DNA of 64,000 nucleotides from Leptogorgia sarmentosa (Eukaryota): NCBI GenBank assembly GCA_964658305.1, contig OZ210885.1, positions 5,828,001 to 5,892,000 of the forward strand, read 5' to 3'. Shown piece by piece: positions 25,501 to 38,758 of this stretch (position 1 is its first letter; each line of letters starts with the position of its first letter). The notes under the pieces were generated by a model. It saw only the letters and a program-made list of their open reading frames with translations, ran no database searches and was not told where the DNA came from. The position numbers and the translations under genes were made by a program.

Positions 25501-28500
25501 AAAGCATTAACCGATGTTCGTTGCTCGTGAATTCTTGCAAGAAATTCTGGACCAACTGTTGCTCTACAAAAGAGATCGATTAATTATCTAAATTGATTAT
25601 GATTTAAAATTGGTGACTATTAAAGCTTTAAAAGGACATGGTAGGACTTTTAAAATTATTTATTAACATGGAGATTTTCTGTATGTCACGTATCGTCTAA
25701 AATACGATATAAATATTTTCTGTACGTTCGTCAAAATATAAATTTCGAATTTTGAGGATTCTCAGTCGGCAGGCTAACTTAGAAAACTTCAACTTCATAA
25801 TTTATGTAGTAAAGCCTCGTTGAATAGAACATTCCATCTTGAATAGAACTCCATTTTAGTGGCGTCACAAGCTGGGTTAACTACAAAAAATTTTCTTCGA
25901 AATGTTCAAACAACAAAAAGTCCAGAAGCATATAGATGCATGCATAGACAGAAAAATATAATTTCAGTTTCACAACGTCAGTGGTATATAACTGGGTGGA
26001 ATGTTCACGTGATGACGCTCCTGACGTAACATGAGGGTAAATCGCGAAAAAACATCTTTTAGCTACGGTAGTTTGTATGGAATTAAATCAATATGATTTA
26101 ATGGCAGTTCATTGGACGTGCGAAATTTTCTTAGTATGGAGATGAAATTATTACCAAAATCAGTAGTGTCTTTCCGGAAGTAAAAGGTGAACTTAGTAAA
26201 CCGGAAAAACGCTCGCTTTTTATGACGTCACAGTGAAGGAGTGCCGCGTCGCAAAATCGTGATTCGTGAATCATTCTTGATCGACACTCGATAAGCACGC
26301 CAGTGATTTTTCATTATTTCTACGCTCATTCATGATTTACGTTTGCTGTAATAATGAATTTAATTTTAAAAATAATTCAACGCATCGGTTGTAAAATGAC
26401 ACAATTTATTTACAGACTAAAGAATTACAGACAATCCATTGGCTCGCTACGAAGCAATCCTACACCATTCCTGATTTTGGTAAAATACACATCCTGAAAA
26501 TTGTAACCGGGAACAGTTGAGAAAAATTCGTTCGATTTCTGCCGGAGGACCTTATAGAGAGAACCTATTATACAAGAGCCGATATTTTTCGTTGTTCTTC
26601 TTTCAGATTAATATGAATCTAGTGATTACTTTCTCTCGATTGTTCCGGTGGGAATTTCGACATATCAACCCTTCACAAACATAGATATAGGAAGCCTAGA
26701 TTGCTGACTGTAGAATAATTATATGCTGACGCATGTGGCAAACATGAGCATTCGAAGATGGCTGCTCAACCGGTCAAATTAATAGGAGCTAGTATAGGAA
26801 AAACCATGTTTTTCGCATTTTACGTCCGCATAAAGTTTCCGATCACGTTCTAGCACCATTTTTTGGAAATAACTACCCGTGCTGAAGGTTTTGGATGAAA
26901 ATTGAGCAATTTGAATGGAATTAACCCCGAAATAATCGATCGTAAAGTGCTGCCAAGGCAGTCACATTGTTGTTTCAAGACGTTCGAGCCTATCAACCGG
27001 TAAACTAACTTATTTTTCTTCAACTAATCGTTGCCAGAAAGAATATGTTTTGTAAACTTTGGCCTCTTGGATGAATTCCCTTCACGGACAACTCGGTCGC
27101 CGAAACGACGACTAAATATACAGTGAGAATTGTGGACGACAAATCGATTCCTGTTTCTCTACCAACACGCCGCTTTCTATTTCTTATCTTTCACAGAAGT
27201 CCTATAGAATATTCCAACACCTCAAAGTTATCCAAAAGCTTCATTCTTGACCTGAAATGTCTCGAACCAAGTCAGGTGACTGTTTTGGCAGCACTTTACG
27301 ATCGATTATTTCGGGGTTAATTCCATTCAAATTGCACAATTTTCATCCAAAACCTTCAGAACGGGTAGCTATTTCCAAAAAATGGTGCTAGAGCGTGATC
27401 GGAAACGTTATGCGGTCGTAAAATGCGAAAAACATGGTTTTTCCCATACTAGCTCCTATTAATTTGACCGGTTGAGCAGCCATCTTGGATTTTCAAAAGT
27501 TGCCACACATTTCATACGGAGTCAGCAATCTAGGCTTCCTATATCTATGTTCACAAAACATCGATAAAAATCTGAAGATGGTGGATGTATAGTCATTGAC
27601 TACAATAGATCTACAAAGTATACCAGCACATACTTTAAGTTAACGAATGGTTCAGCGACATTTCCCGCTGGTGGTGAAGTATTGAAAGAATGCATGTTTT
27701 GCACAGGCGTCTGGAGCACTTGTGGAAGATCTAAAATAAATTAAAAATACATTACATAACATTTTCAAGAAAATAGATAACATCTTGTAAACTCAAGATA
27801 TGAGATATGACAGCAATTTTGCGGTGATGTTTGTATTTTATTAAATTGTCTGCTGCTACCAGATATTCTTTAAATTTTCATAATAGCTATGATGTATTTC
27901 GTTGAAAAATTCAGCATTATCGATCAAAAATTAATATTGCCGACTGGGTTTTACGACTATTGTGGAAGCCATATGAACCTGATGAGTTAAAAAGTCCTGT
28001 CGTTATGAAATTTGAGGAAATATTGAATCAAAAGCAACTACATAGCTATACTAGCCTCTAAAAACTGAAAAATCACGTCGCGTTACCGAATCGCGTCCGG
28101 TCCGTTGTGGGCCTTAATTCTTGCATTTTTTATACTACAGGAAAAATCGCCATTGTTGTTCAAAAAAGTTTATATGAAAACGCTTGACGGTAATTTTTTG
28201 TCTTGTTTTATAACCGGAAAAGTTTGGAAGCCGATAGTTGGTTCTTCAGTAATGTTCTTTTCTACAATATGTCTATAGGAAGTCTGAAGTGCATGTAGTG
28301 TAAGGGCCGATTTCCACTCAGGATAATAAGCATAGGATCGGACCGAACAGGGACGAAATTGAACACGCGAATGAGTTTTTGATATCAATTTTCTGCACCA
28401 ATTTGAACCTATGATCCCACAATAAACAGTTGAAGGATTTTCAATTTTTTTTTTTGCCCGGTAGCGTGGATAATAAATGATGAAACAGAGTACGATCCGG

Positions 28501-31500
28501 TCCGATCCGATGCTTATTATTATCCTGAGTGGAAACCGGCCTTAAGTGATGTTACAGGGTTCGAAATGAAGCGTATCTTGGATGTTGTGCGATCCTGACC
28601 ATTTCTTTGATTGTTTATGATTTTACAAAAATAAGCGGGTGTTTTGCTCGAAACATCGCAAGTATAGATTTTACTTCCACTATACCACGACACCGCTACC
28701 ATTAAGGGAGCATGAACCAATCAGATGCTTCAAGTCTATGCGGTTGACCAATCACATGCGCGATAGGTCAGTGTAAAGGCCTGATTCCACGGGCGGTATT
28801 TCTTGGCGAAATGCGAAAATTTTCGCGCGAAATAATTGCACGCATGCGTCATAAAGGCAAATAAGATTTCTCGAGAAAAAATTTCGCTTCGCCAGTGTGT
28901 AGAAGTCAGTTCTACTCACTGCGAAAGCGAAAAATGCGGGAGAATTCAATAGAATCGTTCATGTGCAACCATCCGCATTTCGCAGACACAATTTCTCGCG
29001 AAAGATTTCGCCGTCGTGGAATCAGGCCTTAAGATAGCAGTAGCGCTAGCAGAAGTGAAATCTAAACGTGGCTCCGAAAAACCTCCAAAATGTGACAACT
29101 CACCATACTCCCGATCATAGGCCACACACAGCTGCTGTCCTGGCACAACATCACGAACGGTTTGTAAAAAAATCCCTGATGGCGTATTGTAGGCGATGAT
29201 ATTATATTCGCCGTGACTGGTGCATCGTTCCAGACAGTTCAGCCATTTGGAAGAGGCAAAAGATGCTTTACAAAGATTCAGACAATAGTCGTTGCCTTCA
29301 AGGTCGGGAATCTGTAAAAAACACCATCGGGATTTTAAAAAAATAAAGTAAACAAGACATTGCAGGATAACTTTTAAACTTTTAAATAATTTATCGGAGC
29401 AATGTAAAAAGTTCTTTAAAAATCAGATTTTTTATGAAAAGACAGCTCAATGACGGCTTTGAAAAACACGCCCCTTGTGAAGATTTTGCACACACGCAGC
29501 TTTTTGCAATTCTGATGCGAGTACTTGGCCCTAAATGGGTTACGGGCAACTGGCCCCAATACCTTTCTTTTCATCGGGATACAGCCTTGGCAATTCTACC
29601 TTGCTGCATTCCAGTTACGTGTTTTTAAACGTACGTGCACGTACGTGAAAGTCTAAAACCCCTCTGTATTTCATTTTATTAATTATAAATACCTTTAGAA
29701 ACACATACGTATACTACATCATTCAAAGTACGAGATTCTTTACATGTATTCACGTGATTGTATAGAAACTAACGTTAAAATCAATTTCAATTTTCACATG
29801 CTTACACGTACGTATGAAAAACCCGTAGCTGCAAAACCTGTAAGGTTCGATTCATGCCGGAGGACCTACAGTTGATGAATTTTTCTCAACTGTTCCCGCT
29901 TGGAATTTCGATATGTGTATGATTTCCACTTGAATATGTGTATGATTTCCACTTGATACTAAGACACACTAAGGGACCAGTCATTATTTATGGCAGGGGT
30001 GGGGGCTGAAGAGAAAATGGTGGGGTGGCTAAATAACTAGGCACGCCTGGGTGGGGTAAAATAAGATATGAGAAGGTACGTACCACTCGCTACGGGCACC
30101 TAACTTGGACAACAGTGGAAGTTGGTCCAGCTTGAATGATTACCCCAGTTATTTATCAAGTTGTTCGCCTTGTTTTAAAAAGTGGGGTAAAATTTTTTTT
30201 TGTAAAAAGGAAGTGGGGTAAGAAAAAATTTTGGCTTTAAAACATTTTCTCTTCAGCCCCCTCCCCTGCCATAAATAATGACCGCTCCCTAACCCAGCAG
30301 AATAACTGCAAAACAGCTTTTACTTACCTGAGAGATAAACGAGTTGCTCAAAACACTTGGATCCACAGTTTGAGTAATATTTCCCGGAAATGGACCAAAC
30401 GTTTGCCCTTGGAACAACTGCTTTGAAGCAATGATCCCAAAAAAGTGCAATCCGGCTGGAAGCTCGTAACAAACTAAAACGTAAATCAAAACAGAAAATT
30501 TAAAATACTTTTACGTTACACTATAGCGGTTACAGTGGATCAATGCGTTTCGATTGGTCAAGAGATGACTTCCCTTCTTGGTAATTTGGAGCGCATTGCA
30601 TTTTGGTTTTCGCGGAATCAGTGATATTGAATATGACGGATATGGATGGAAATAATGAACAATTTGGCAAAGATGTTGTTGGCCATATTGTATATGTCTA
30701 GTAATTCCCGACGAAAGGCCTTCGCTCAAAGCGTCGTATCTTATTTTATTATATAATAGACAATGAGAAACCGAAAAATACACAGTGAGATATTTTTCAT
30801 ATCTTCACTACCAGGTGATCTCTCGCGTTCGTGTTTTAGGCAATCAGCGCTCAGAAAGGGTTGTCCGAATAGAAATCCATTTTGCTATATTCACACGATT
30901 ATATCTTTCGTTATTCTGTATGAAACTAGTTGAAATTTTGTAATCATGTTCGGTTATGAGAACTATAGCTCTGACAAAAACATGGAATCGAAATAAAGTA
31001 TATTATGGGAGTTATTCAGTTGTTTCAATCGAAAAATGGATTTCATCCGACAGCTAGTCCCAGTCCTTTTCCGTGTATTGAGATCACCTGGTAGCCTGGT
31101 AGCAGTGAACTCTATATATTATATCTGGAACGATAACATAGAGCGAAAAGTGAAGCCAACAAAAGTATCACGACAGAAGTGTTCGTCATTGTCTTCGTCA
31201 TTGTCTTCGTTATAAATAAACCGACAAAAGATCGCGTCAGCGATGTCAGAAGGCATCCAGCATCGAGACACGGCAAATTGAAAGAAATTTTTCGTATTTT
31301 TTCGACTTTTTCACTCGTTTTGTTGCCAAAAAACGTTCAACGTTGTATGTATTTAGTAACACTATCCTAGAAGTAGGGGCTGCTATTTTTTAGCGACGTT
31401 TGTTGGCAAGACGTTGATTTTTTCGACTTGTTTTAATAAGCCGTAGTAAGTCACATTATTGTTTACTTGCCAACCTTATAATATTTATATACTAATAAAT

Positions 31501-33003
31501 ACTGCTATGGTTTACAAAGAAAAACTGTCTGAATCGGTTATCTTTCTTTTTCTGACAGCGAACGCAATGCGATAAATTTTAGGAGCAAAACAGTTTGTTC
31601 CTACAATGTATTGCATTGCGTTGGCGATATTTTTTAAATGTTTTTTTCTTGATTGCGTTCGCATTTATACTGGCCGCGTAACGGTTTGCAGAGGGGGAAT
31701 GAAACTGACGTCCAAACCGCGTAAACTTGACGTTTGAGGGACTGAGGCTGACGTCCAAACCGCGTAAAAGACTAGTACCGAGGCTTCACGTTTTTCGCAT
31801 TGAATGACTGAATGTTATCGTTCCAGATATATATATATATAGAGTTCACTGCCTGGTAGTAAAGATATCGATCACGTGATCATTTCCCGCCAAAAATTTG
31901 TTTTCAAAATGGCGACGTTCTTCTACGAGCGGCGAAACAACTTTTGTCTTTGTTCAATGAAAAAACAACATGTTCTTTTCGAGAGAATGAAAATACTACA
32001 AAAAAAGACTAAAGTGATGCCCAGGTATTCTTTAAACTTGGACAATATGATGTATTTTGTTGAAAAATTCAGCATTGTCGATCAAAAATTAATATAGCCG
32101 ACCAGGTTTTTTAACCTCGGGTTTTACGACTCTATAACAAAAAGAAAATCGTGATAATTCATTCGCTGCGCTCATTCGTAAATGCATATCTTCGCACCAC
32201 CGTGTACTGAATATCCTCTATGACTATGTATCGTTTAGGTAATGAGTAAAACCTTTGCTGCTTATTTGTTGTTGTGATCCGCTACCTACCTACGTATGCA
32301 ATACGATAGCACTAAATCCACAATGAAACACGCTACGAATTACCAATAAGGGGAGTAGTCTAGTGCATACAGACAAATCAAGCAATCATGCAACCTATAT
32401 TTCAGCCTACGATGATTATCTGCCGGTTGAACTTATATGCAGAATGCTATTTCATACAAAGCAAATGTAGAATGTAGTTATTGTTAACAGCAAAACAAGT
32501 GTTTCAATCAATGACAATATAGTCTTGCCATCTTCAAATGTATAACAAAACAATTAAGTACTGTATAAGTACTGTATTATCAAGGTCTCAGTAAGTGTGA
32601 TCAATTTAGCATATTACAAAAACTTAAAATTTGCTTATTATGCATTGTGATGCCACCTAATACCAAAATATAGACCATTACACTACTGGACAAACTTATA
32701 AATTAGGAAAATTCATTAGCACAGTTGGAACCATCACACTGTCCCTTCAAATAATCCATACATGCTTTGCGGGCTTGATTAGGAAATGGATAATTTAGTT
32801 TATTCGGGCACAGAAATCTCAACCCAAAATCTAATCGTTAAACAGACAAAAGATTAAAGGAAGGGATGACCATCCATAAAGTCCATCCATTTACCATTCA
32901 CAAAACAATTACACAACTATGACAGCATTCAGACAACAAAAACACAAAAACCTAAAGACTGGTTTACCAGTCTATTAAAAAACCAGAACACAACTATGTG
33001 AAT

Positions 33004-33034
<31 letters not shown>

Positions 33035-34755
33035 ATCATTCTGGCCATGCTGTTGGTTGCTCAATTTATATACAGAGACTTCCAAAGCATAAACAAGATT
33101 TTAAGACTATGACAACTTAGACAAACATCAAACAACAGATTACATTGGCTTTTGGTGGAGATTGTAAATTCTTGAGCCATTAACATTGATTTTCATTTAT
33201 TGAAAGGTATTTGTGAAGTTTTGTTTTGAAATTTGCATACCAAATGTCAGAAGGTAAATTATTCCATAAAATCAATTCTATTAATAAAGGATATTGTTGG
33301 AGGGATGAAGGTTTAAAAAGGTTAGCATGCCTTGATTCAATGAATGCCTATATTTTATAGTTATAATCAAAGGTTCTACTCATTACCTAACAGCAAAGTG
33401 TGTTCTACACTAGTTAATCTCTGAGGGCCTTTGCTCGAAAAGTTGTACCGTATCACATGTTGTACAAATCTTATTGTATCATTGAGCTGAGATTTTGCAT
33501 TTTGATGCTGTCATTCGCTCTCTACATACAAAGTGGAAAAGATCAACCCACTACCTCAACAATACAATTAGCCATTGCATGTATGAGACTTCTAAATCTG
33601 CCTCGATCTTCATTTGCTTCAAAGTTGTTTGTGAAAAATTTCATATTATCGGCTTTCAGTATTTAAATTTCTGCAAGATTGGTAAAAAGAAGGATCCATA
33701 TAATTATGCCTTTGAGAAATCTGTTCCAAAAATATAGTTAAGGAATCCTAGTTCCTGATGAAAGCCCTTTGCTCGAAACATCCAATATTATTATATCACT
33801 TAGGTATTGTTATCCACTACCTACACTGACCACATATTGAAATTTTGTTACATTATGCCCTTTGGTAACCAGAACACTTCATTATTTATGAACTCAGTTC
33901 CAAACCAATGTTTAAGAATATAAAATGCTCACTTTCTGAACAGTATTTCAGTATCCCTGCATGTATTGGCTTATACAAACAAAATGAGACATTCCAAAGT
34001 CTTGTATTACCACAGAATTTTCAATGATCATACACAGATCCTTCGAAAATCCTATACTATCTTCTTCCAAGAAGATGCAACAAAATCAGTACTTATTTGA
34101 AGAACATTTTGTGTAAATATCAAACAACCAACGCCTCAACTAACAGGGAATTCGGCATTCTTCTTTCATGCATGCAAAATGGCAGCCAACACACACAATC
34201 AGTACGGATTTCATCTCTTGGGAGCGAAAAATCTTCATAAATTCTGGCACCACAACTATTCATCCTACTATATTTTCGCGCCGGATCAAAGCAGCAAACC
34301 TTAGTTAATAAACACGGTTAATTTTCCTAAGAACCGTTCAGGATTGGGTCGAAATCTCACACAAATTATCCTCAAGTATCCAAATGCCTTCGAATCCCGT
34401 CTCGGGAAGAAGTCTGGAATTATGTTCGTAGATGATTCGCGTTTGCGACGAAATAATTCGGAATCTCGCGGCCTAACTCAAGCGAATAAACACGTTAGCA
34501 ATCCTCAAATGTCCGATACGAAAGACTTCAGAATGCTCAGAAATATACGAAGCTTTTACCTGTCTCAAACGGGCTGCTTCTGTTGGTCATTGAATCCATT
34601 GATCTTTCATGTACCCCAAAATCAGACACTGGTTCCGTGTGATTTTCGTCAGAATTACTCGGACTCGATGTCGCTTTGGCGCTTAAATTATCCACAATTC
34701 CCTCGATCCGTTTCTTTCGTCGTAAAGCGGCATTTAAACTCTTTATACGGACCAT
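16598..34755 (-). CDS. PR/SET-domain C2H2 zinc-finger protein (PRDM family-like), 12 coding exons, 890 aa
   Basis: Exons 34755-34560, 30473-30328, 29311-29104, 27730-27634, 25563-25352, 23095-23026, 22566-22260, 21355-21196, 20817-20370, 19495-19406, 18142-17819, 17012-16598. All GT-AG with compatible phases, total 2673 nt. PR-domain motifs FGPFPG, SKWLNC, NIIAY, RDVVPGQQLCVAY. 14 zinc fingers, two of them C2HC. Confidence 0.85.
18533..18750. mobile_element. PIF/Harbinger-like MITE (ggccc..cagacgtcgaacttttcatgtgccgaac family)
   Basis: Long TIRs aggcccgtttcagacgtcgaacttttcatgtgccgaactta / aagttcggcacatgaaaagttagacgtctggaacgggcct. Same family at 47345, 54439 and 63416. Confidence 0.8.
19552..20285. 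mobile_element. TIR element (aaaagatggcggc...ttaccagaatgca family), apparently with a nested repeat
   Basis: Inverted ends ttgaccacaggaaaaaagatggcggcatttaccagaatgca / tgcattctggtaaaatgtacatgccgccatcttttttgctatggccaa. A related copy lies at ~61385-61600. Confidence 0.55.
21695..22061. repeat. 21-bp minisatellite, ~17.5 copies (ttgcactgtgatWacacaaaa), intronic
   Basis: Direct tandem array; explains the repetitive ORFs ITQNCTV, HCDNTKL and ITVQFCV on both strands. Confidence 0.95.
26680..27549. mobile_element. 870-bp foldback-type non-autonomous DNA transposon with ~270-bp inverted arms
   Basis: Ends catagatataggaagcctagattgctgact / agtcagcaatctaggcttcctatatctatg; arms ~26680-26956 and ~27285-27549; 8-bp TSD ttcacaaa at 26672-26679 and 27550-27557. 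Confidence 0.88.
28304..28542. mobile_element. Harbinger-like MITE
   Basis: TIR ggccgatttccactcaggataataa / ttattatcctgagtggaaaccggcc, flanked by TAA. Confidence 0.75.
28777..29029. mobile_element. Harbinger-like MITE
   Basis: TIR aggcctgattccacg / cgtggaatcaggcct, flanked by TAA. Confidence 0.75.
29973..30289. mobile_element. Harbinger-like MITE
   Basis: TIR gggaccagtcattatttatggcagggg...ctgaagagaaaatg / cattttctcttcagcccc...cccctgccataaataatgaccgctccc; TAA on both sides. Confidence 0.8.
30811..31091. mobile_element. MITE with ccaggtgatctc TIRs and TA TSD
   Basis: ta|ccaggtgatctc ... gagatcacctgg|ta. A partial second copy lies at ~57689-57790. Confidence 0.65.
31103..31851. mobile_element. 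Non-autonomous hAT-like element (CAGTG ends)
   Basis: TIR cagtgaactctatatat..atatctggaacgataaca / tgttatcgttccagatat..atatagagttcactg; 8-bp TSD cctggtag at 31095-31102 and 31852-31859. Confidence 0.88.
33005..33034. repeat. Poly-C tract (30 nt)
   Basis: Direct reading. Confidence 0.9.
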
Positions 34756-36677
34756 TTTAAGACGAAATATATGTGTTGTTTACAAAGATCTCTTCAAGGC
34801 ATTGAACGAAGATAAATGGAATATGATTCCAACCGCAGCGAGATTCCTTCGACGCATCCTTCAGAATTCCTTGATGGGAGCTTTGAAATTCCTTGATTTC
34901 CTAAAAAAATACCCCAAATAATATAATTTTGACTGTTCAATTTCTTTTCTTTTCTGCTTTTGTATATTTTATGTCCTTGAAACTGACCAAACTAGACAGT
35001 AGCTTGACTTTTTTGAAATTCGCAAAATAATGAAAGTTGTATTAGTCTATTTAAACTCTGCTAAAAATAAATGTCATTTGATAGGATGGACTAGATAACA
35101 AGCTATGAAAATTTTGGAAATTTTATGTACCTGGCTAGGCATTTCTTTCATTCCAAAGCAGTTAAAACTATCTGTTTGTATCACACCATGAAGACAGATC
35201 CTAGAATGTCTTTAGTTGCTTCAAATAATTCTCGAAATACTGAATTTCGGATTTCCTAATTTTTTTCGGAAAACGCTTCCGAACATTCCATGTTTTAAGG
35301 ATGTTTTGTTGAACTCGAGAGCGCTGTGATGCATATCAACTCTGCTGCCAGGGAATGGAAATATGCCATATATGGTCATTACTAATTGAGATTGTTTGAC
35401 CTATTTCCGCACATCAGACTGAAAGAACCATAGGGAAAAATAATTCCTCGGCAAATTCTGGTACAAGCGATCGACAAAGCTACATTTCGTAACCAGAAAT
35501 CTTTATGGGGATAGAACTTCAATATGTGGCCGGTATAGTAGCGGATCACTACATCAACAAGCACCAAAAGTTCTACACTCTACCTAAACTAGATTTGACG
35601 TTTCGAGCACCAAAGATTCGACATATAAAAAGATTCGACGGAACATGGCATCCATGTTATATGCTTTAGGTAGCGAGTAGAACTTTTCGTGTTTGCTGAT
35701 AGCTATGTTGTTATATCCTCTACCTTAGACTGGCCACATCATTGAAGTGAATAAACCATGGCCAAAACATCAGCATACAGCAGGAATCCTATCATTATCT
35801 GAACTGAGACTCCACGTTTCCAGCTAAGGTCTTTGGTCAGAAATTGGTGCCATTCTCATGGACTAATTTCCAACGAAAGCCCTCGTATCCTTCAGGTAGT
35901 GCATGAGTGAGCTTCTCTTGCAATTGATATGATAGAATTACCCGAGAATTCGTCGATCAGTCATTACATAGTACAATCCCTTCATCAAGTTAGTGATGTG
36001 GAATTCCTACTTAAATCTTTCAGGTTGTATAAGTCATCATGAAGAAATTGTTGCTTACCTGGACAATTGAACCGCACTGCTTTTTTATAGTTATTTCCTC
36101 TCTGTCAATACTTTAAATCTTCCTTTAAATATACCGTGTCAAAATCTTTCTACGTAGTAAAAGCCGGAGCGGAGAGGGTTGATGAGATTTGGCAGTCACG
36201 CGATCTTGGATAGTTGTTCTTAATTGCTTCCCATGCACTATACCATGTATTCTAATCAAGTTGAAACACAGTTGGAATACTCGTCAAGGATTTATTCTGT
36301 CAATTTAGAGAGAAATTCCTCTTGTCACAGTTCGTGCATGACTGCCACCTCTCATCGTCGTTTAACCAGGGATTCATCAATACTAGTATATCAGCATAGA
36401 GTAACCAACGATTACTTGGAACATAATTCGAAATCAAACCGAGTTCATTCTACAACAACAAGCAAGCCGTTCTGATTGGTAAATAATATGTGTAATATAC
36501 AATTATCCGTCTGACTTTGCCTTCGTCCATCGAAGATCGATAACTGCATGACACTTGCATGTGTGACTTCAGTGCCTCTGTGAACTTTTTCCGCAGACAA
36601 TTTCATCAAATATAAAATAAACAAACTCCGAATATCATCATCTTGTAAACTCAAGATTTGAGTTATTTAGAATAACA

Positions 36678-36798
36678 AGACACGAAATTCTGGTAATATT
36701 TCGACTTTATTTCAAAGTCATTGTCACACCATTGTAAATATTCAGTTGGTTTGACAATGACTTTGAAATAAAGTCGAAATATTACCAGGATTTTGTGC
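36678..36798. repeat. Long hairpin (inverted repeat, ~45-bp arms), part of a palindromic MITE family
   Basis: ctggtaatatttcgactttatttcaaagtcattgtca ... tgacaatgactttgaaataaagtcgaaatattaccag. The left flank matches the element at ~51380-51495. Confidence 0.75.
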
Positions 36799-37012
36799 CT
36801 CTGCGACTGTGTTTCTATCAACCTATTCATTACCTGTGGCAGTCAGGTGTGTTGGTAGCGGATGACAACATCAACAAGAAGCAAAAGTTCTACGGACTAT
36901 ACCGACTACCTATAAAACGACACAAACGGATTCGATGTTTCGAACAAAGGTCATTCATCAGGAATTATACATACGGATCCTTTGTCTACTTGAAACGTCG
37001 AATGTCTGTTGG

Positions 37013-37331
37013 CAGTGGCGTAACGCAACCACTGGGGGCCCTCCGACAGTCGACCACTTTGGGGCCCCCTTTGCTCCACTAATTAGTAGGCTGCATTTAC
37101 CACTTATGTCTACACAACGGCAAACCTCACTTTGTTACAGAATAGACTCGAACCTGAATTTGAATTTAATGAATTACGCTTCTCTCTTCCAAACCTGCCT
37201 ATCTGTCTGTTTTTCGTATTTGAATTCCCCAGAAATGTGCTATCAATTTTTATGTTCATTTTGTCGGGGACCCCTAAAGTTCGGGGGCCCCCTGTCACTG
37301 GACACCCTGACACCCATCCGTTACGCCACTG
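37013..37331. mobile_element. Non-autonomous hAT-like element
   Basis: TIR cagtggcgtaacg / cgttacgccactg; 8-bp TSD tctgttgg at 37005-37012 and 37332-37339. Confidence 0.88.
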
Positions 37332-37888
37332 TCTGTTGGTATCGTTTAGGTAGTGAGCAGAAATTTAACTGCTTGTTGACAATAAAATTCGACATTTCGA
37401 ACGAAGATTCGTGTAATTCCGACGAAGGGCCTTTACTCCAAAGGTGGAATCCTTATATCGTTCAGGTAGTGAGTAGAACTTCTGCTGTTGATGTATGGTG
37501 TTTTCCGTTACATATTGCTACTGGGCAGACGAAATACTGCGTGAAGTGACTCACTCACTGTTGATTGGAAGTCTATTTAGCTTTTTTAGCCATGACCACT
37601 CAAAAAGAATCAAATTAATTGGTTGTTTGCAAATGGCGTAAATTCGGAATTTCAGTTGACGGGCAAGTGGGACGAAAATCGGTCCATTTGAGACATTTTA
37701 AGATTTAGAGACATTTCAAGTCTTAGATATAGATGTGTTACCGTCATTTTATCTTGCTACAAGCACTTACATACTGAGAAAAATCGTGTACAAGTTGTCC
37801 AATTGCCTGTCATTTGGGCAAAAAGTCACGTGTTTCCAAACAAGCATTTCGCACACGCGGGGTAACGTTTCTACGCGCGTAATACTAA

Positions 37889-37948
37889 GGGCCTCCACAG
37901 ACGAGACGGTTAGTTGTCGACAACTAACCGTCTCGTCTGTGGAGGCCC
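37889..37948. mobile_element. 60-bp perfectly palindromic mini-MITE, TAA TSD
   Basis: gggcctccacagacgagacggttagttgtc|gacaactaaccgtctcgtctgtggaggccc, no spacer, TAA on both sides. Confidence 0.8.
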
Positions 37949-38752
37949 TAAAATATACAAAAAAATGCCAAGTTCACATGCTCATAGTTTCTTTACTTTA
38001 CAACATTTCGCACTTTGCAATTTGACTAAATTAATGATGCTCTTTCAAGCTGTGGCGATGGATTTTCCCTACTTTAACGTTTTTCCAATTTTAGTTATAA
38101 GGTCAAAGGTCCATGAAGCTGGCCATTACTATTACTAAATTTGCGACTGAATTGAAAAGTTAAATCAAAGTCAAAGGTTTTCGGATTGAAAACTTTTCGC
38201 AAGTAAAAACCTAAGATTAATATCACGTTTGCGTGAATTTCTATTGTTCTATTGTGTTGTATTAGTAACTATAATTCACTCGCCTACTCAAAATGTACAG
38301 GTCGTATTAGAACTAATAATATACGACCTCAGTTGACGTCACTACGGGTCGTATTAACCGGTTACAGACGATTATTAACCGGTTACAGACGTTGATATTC
38401 TTCTATGATAAGTTTTTATGTGACAAGTTTTATTTGCCAAGTACACGTGTGTATGTGCGACAAATTTTATATGGCAAATTTTCTTTGTTGACCGTACAGA
38501 CCGACCAATTTTTTACTTCGCCAATTTTTTCTATGACAAGTCGACTTGTTCAAAAGCTAGCATGCTAGCTTTTCAACAAGGGCATTTGTCATAGAAAAAA
38601 TTGGCAAAATGGGACGTACAGTCGGGCAAAGTAAACTTGTCACATAAAAACTTGTCATAGAAAACTTACTCGTCTGTAAGGGGCTTTAATCAGGAACCAC
38701 TCTAACCGGGGGCCCATAGATGAAGATTTACGCAACTGACAACAATATTATG

Positions 38753-38758
38753 TTTATT
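38753..38758 (-). terminator. Candidate polyadenylation signal of the ShKT/knottin gene
   Basis: AATAAA on the minus strand ~170 nt after the TAG stop. Confidence 0.45.

Noticed and set aside
34344..34760. 138-aa plus-strand ORF
   Set aside because: Antisense to the first coding exon of the PRDM-like gene, non-ATG start and no recognisable motif.
36935..37549. 204-aa ORF
   Set aside because: Runs across a hAT MITE inserted in another repeat; no domain signal.
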